The position numbers were made by a program, and so were the translations under genes. The notes beneath the pieces are model-generated. The model was given only the letters and a program-made list of their open reading frames with translations, made no database searches and was not told the origin of the DNA. This document shows positions 43,119 through 45,115 of a DNA stretch of 45,115 nucleotides, piece by piece. The stretch is from a virus (lineage: Duplodnaviria > Caudoviricetes), in the IMG/VR virus record IMGVR_UViG_3300044475_000013, positions 1 to 45,115 of that record, one strand, 5' to 3'. How positions within the stretch are numbered: the stretch's first letter is position 1; every line of letters begins with the position of its first letter.

Positions 43119-45115
43119 TATTTACCTTTCGAGTCTTTGTTCATGTCTGAGATTGCACCCAACCATAGGTTCACGGGGAGAGCAACACCGACAAATGGGA
43201 TATTCTGTTGCGCATCCTTTAATGAGCTAGGCCCAGATAACAGATGTGCAGCAGAGTTCACTGGAGCAAAACCGGGGAATGCACCACCCATACGACCACG
43301 AGTAATCAAATCCCAAGGCATACTCATAAGACCAATACCAGACATTGCTTTAGGAATGTTCTGCTCGATCTTCTCGTCCCAAGGTTTCCCCTTTGCTACG
43401 TTAGCAGCAGCCGCAGCGAGTACAGCCATAGGTGCCTGATAAGCTAGCATCATTGCTACTCCAGCAACACCATCCTTGTGGAAGTTCCGACGAAGGATTT
43501 TGTTATGGGCTGCAAAGACAAAGGACATGAACGGGAGAATTGCTTTACCGAGTTGGCTATCCATCAGACGTGGTTTCTCACCCTTACGAATAGCAAGAAC
43601 AGTACTCTCTGCTTCAGTTAAGGCATGTGTACTAATTTCATCTACAATATTAGGTGGCCATTTCTCAATGTCCATACCATGTTTACTGTATTGCTCTGCC
43701 ATCTTGGCGATAGTGCTAGGGTTTACACCCGATTCCGTAAAGTACTTCCTAGCAGTTGCATCACCTTTCAGCATGCTCGCTAATCTATCCTCATAGATGC
43801 TGGCAAACATCTTGACTTGATGTCTACGAATCTGTTCGGAGAAGTTCAGGAAGCGCACGCTCTGTGTACTGTAGGAGATACTCTCGTGAATACCATCTAG
43901 ACTGTTCTCGAAGTTATCTTCAAGGTAGGACACAACTGGACGGAATCGACCATCGGCAATCAAGCGCCCACTAATAACATCACTGAGCAGTTCACCCTCT
44001 TTACGTGTCATAGTAGCAATGCTGGACTTCCGGAGTGCCGGTAGAAAGGATGCCACAGTATCTTTAAGTCCCATGCGGTACGCCATAGTCATGTACTCAC
44101 CCAAGTTATAAATACCTGAGTTTGCTAGTACAACAGCACTACCCATACTGGACATACTGCGAACCCATTCATCTACCTGCTCACCAGTCGGACGACCCAG
44201 CGCCATTTCACGTAGGTGGTCAAGAGTCTTACGTACTTCAGACTCAGATTTACCCGCAGCAAATGCTTCGTCAGCAGCTTCATCTAGTGCTTTCTGGAAT
44301 GCGCCACCTGAACGATAACCAGCTTTCGCTAGACCAATACGGGAGGTCATTTCCAAAGTATTACGCTCCATGAGCTTATGGATGTCAGACTCTATGAAGT
44401 CACTCAGTCGAAAGGGTACGAAGCCTTCACCTTGGAAATCCTTAGTCAAGTCCCACTCAAGACGATGCCGCAAAGACTTTGTAACATCCCCTACGGAGTT
44501 CAAGTTCGGGCTACCAAACAGTTGATCTACAGCACGGATTACATCAGCTTCGGGCTGGCCCGTCATACGGAGTGTAGCAACCAGTTCTTCCTTAGATAAA
44601 CCAAATGCTTCCCAATCGTGGTATTTCAGATGCAAGTCACCAGTCTTCTCGCCTTGGATAGTTTTCAAGAATTGCATACCAATGTTTTTAGCATCACTAT
44701 GCGCGAAGTGTCCTAGTGTCTTGGTAATCTGTTGGCCAAAGGCAGTAGCTACATCATCAATACTAGTACCAGTCCGGTGCATGAAGTCCCGAATACGTCG
44801 GTAGTCCCAGACAATAGGCATGTAGCTTTTGCTAGATTGGATACCACCCTTCTTAGCTTCCTCTAGGGCAAGTTCTTTTGCAGTAGCTAGCATGTCACCT
44901 TGAAGGCTGCGCAGGTCTTGCTGGAAGCGCACGAACTTTTCTTTGTGCATACCATAGAGTTGGGAACTCAAGGCCTTGTAGTATCTGAACTTCTCGATGT
45001 CATCCGGGGATGCACCAATACCTTTCAGGGTACTTTCAATCTCAGCAGGATCCACATTCTTAGTAGCCTTCAGGAATTTACCGACTTTCTTATTGTCGGC
45101 CAAATCCTTATAAAG
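43118..45115 (-). CDS. C-terminal part of the large internal virion protein (continues from 1..1489)
   Basis: Open frame to the window end; GKAILPF.SF.FAAHNKILR motif. Confidence 0.8.
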   Translation of the reverse strand, partial: LYKDLADNKKVGKFLKATKNVDPAEIESTLKGIGASPDDIEKFRYYKALSSQLYGMHKEKFVRFQQDLRSLQGDMLATAKELALEEAKKGGIQSSKSYMPIVWDYRRIRDFMHRTGTSIDDVATAFGQQITKTLGHFAHSDAKNIGMQFLKTIQGEKTGDLHLKYHDWEAFGLSKEELVATLRMTGQPEADVIRAVDQLFGSPNLNSVGDVTKSLRHRLEWDLTKDFQGEGFVPFRLSDFIESDIHKLMERNTLEMTSRIGLAKAGYRSGGAFQKALDEAADEAFAAGKSESEVRKTLDHLREMALGRPTGEQVDEWVRSMSSMGSAVVLANSGIYNLGEYMTMAYRMGLKDTVASFLPALRKSSIATMTRKEGELLSDVISGRLIADGRFRPVVSYLEDNFENSLDGIHESISYSTQSVRFLNFSEQIRRHQVKMFASIYEDRLASMLKGDATARKYFTESGVNPSTIAKMAEQYSKHGMDIEKWPPNIVDEISTHALTEAESTVLAIRKGEKPRLMDSQLGKAILPFMSFVFAAHNKILRRNFHKDGVAGVAMMLAYQAPMAVLAAAAANVAKGKPWDEKIEQNIPKAMSGIGLMSMPWDLITRGRMGGAFPGFAPVNSAAHLLSGPSSLKDAQQNIPFVGVALPVNLWLGAISDMNKDSKGK

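Noticed and set aside
44989-45115. 127-bp repeat as the biological direct terminal repeat
   Set aside because: Length equals a common assembler k-mer and it interrupts an in-frame structural gene; real ends are more likely near 35.5-36.1 kb.

Overview
Apparently a complete, circularly permuted T7-supergroup podovirus (Autographiviridae) genome of about 44,988 bp. Positions 1-127 repeat exactly at 44989-45115, which looks like an assembler overlap. Gene order is phiKMV/KP34-type, with the canonical 803-aa RNA polymerase after the replication block, and essentially all genes are on the minus strand. In transcription order from the probable terminus (~35.5-36.1 kb) downward: a second, highly reduced 568-aa T7-family RNA polymerase inside dense non-coding hairpin arrays; early genes (gp0.7-like kinase, SAM lyase-like protein, SleB-like hydrolase); primase, helicase, ligase, DNA polymerase A, exonuclease, endonuclease VII; a nucleotide-metabolism block (MazG-like, NrdA, NrdB, ThyX, DUF3310); the canonical RNAP; portal, scaffold, capsid, tail tubes, internal virion proteins; a split tail-fibre module; terminase; an M15 endolysin. 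The most notable feature is the 32.7-35.5 kb cassette. The mini-RNAP keeps all catalytic motifs but lacks the palm insertion and much of the N-terminal part. A ~240-nt rod-like inverted repeat covers its ribosome-binding site, and C-GNA-G triloop hairpins on the template strand flank it on both sides. A candidate phage promoter (AAGTCACASGTATCAGTRG) occurs three times, once in reverse orientation, with a spacer variant directly after the mini-RNAP terminator. All calls come from motif recognition by eye; no searches or folding programs were run.
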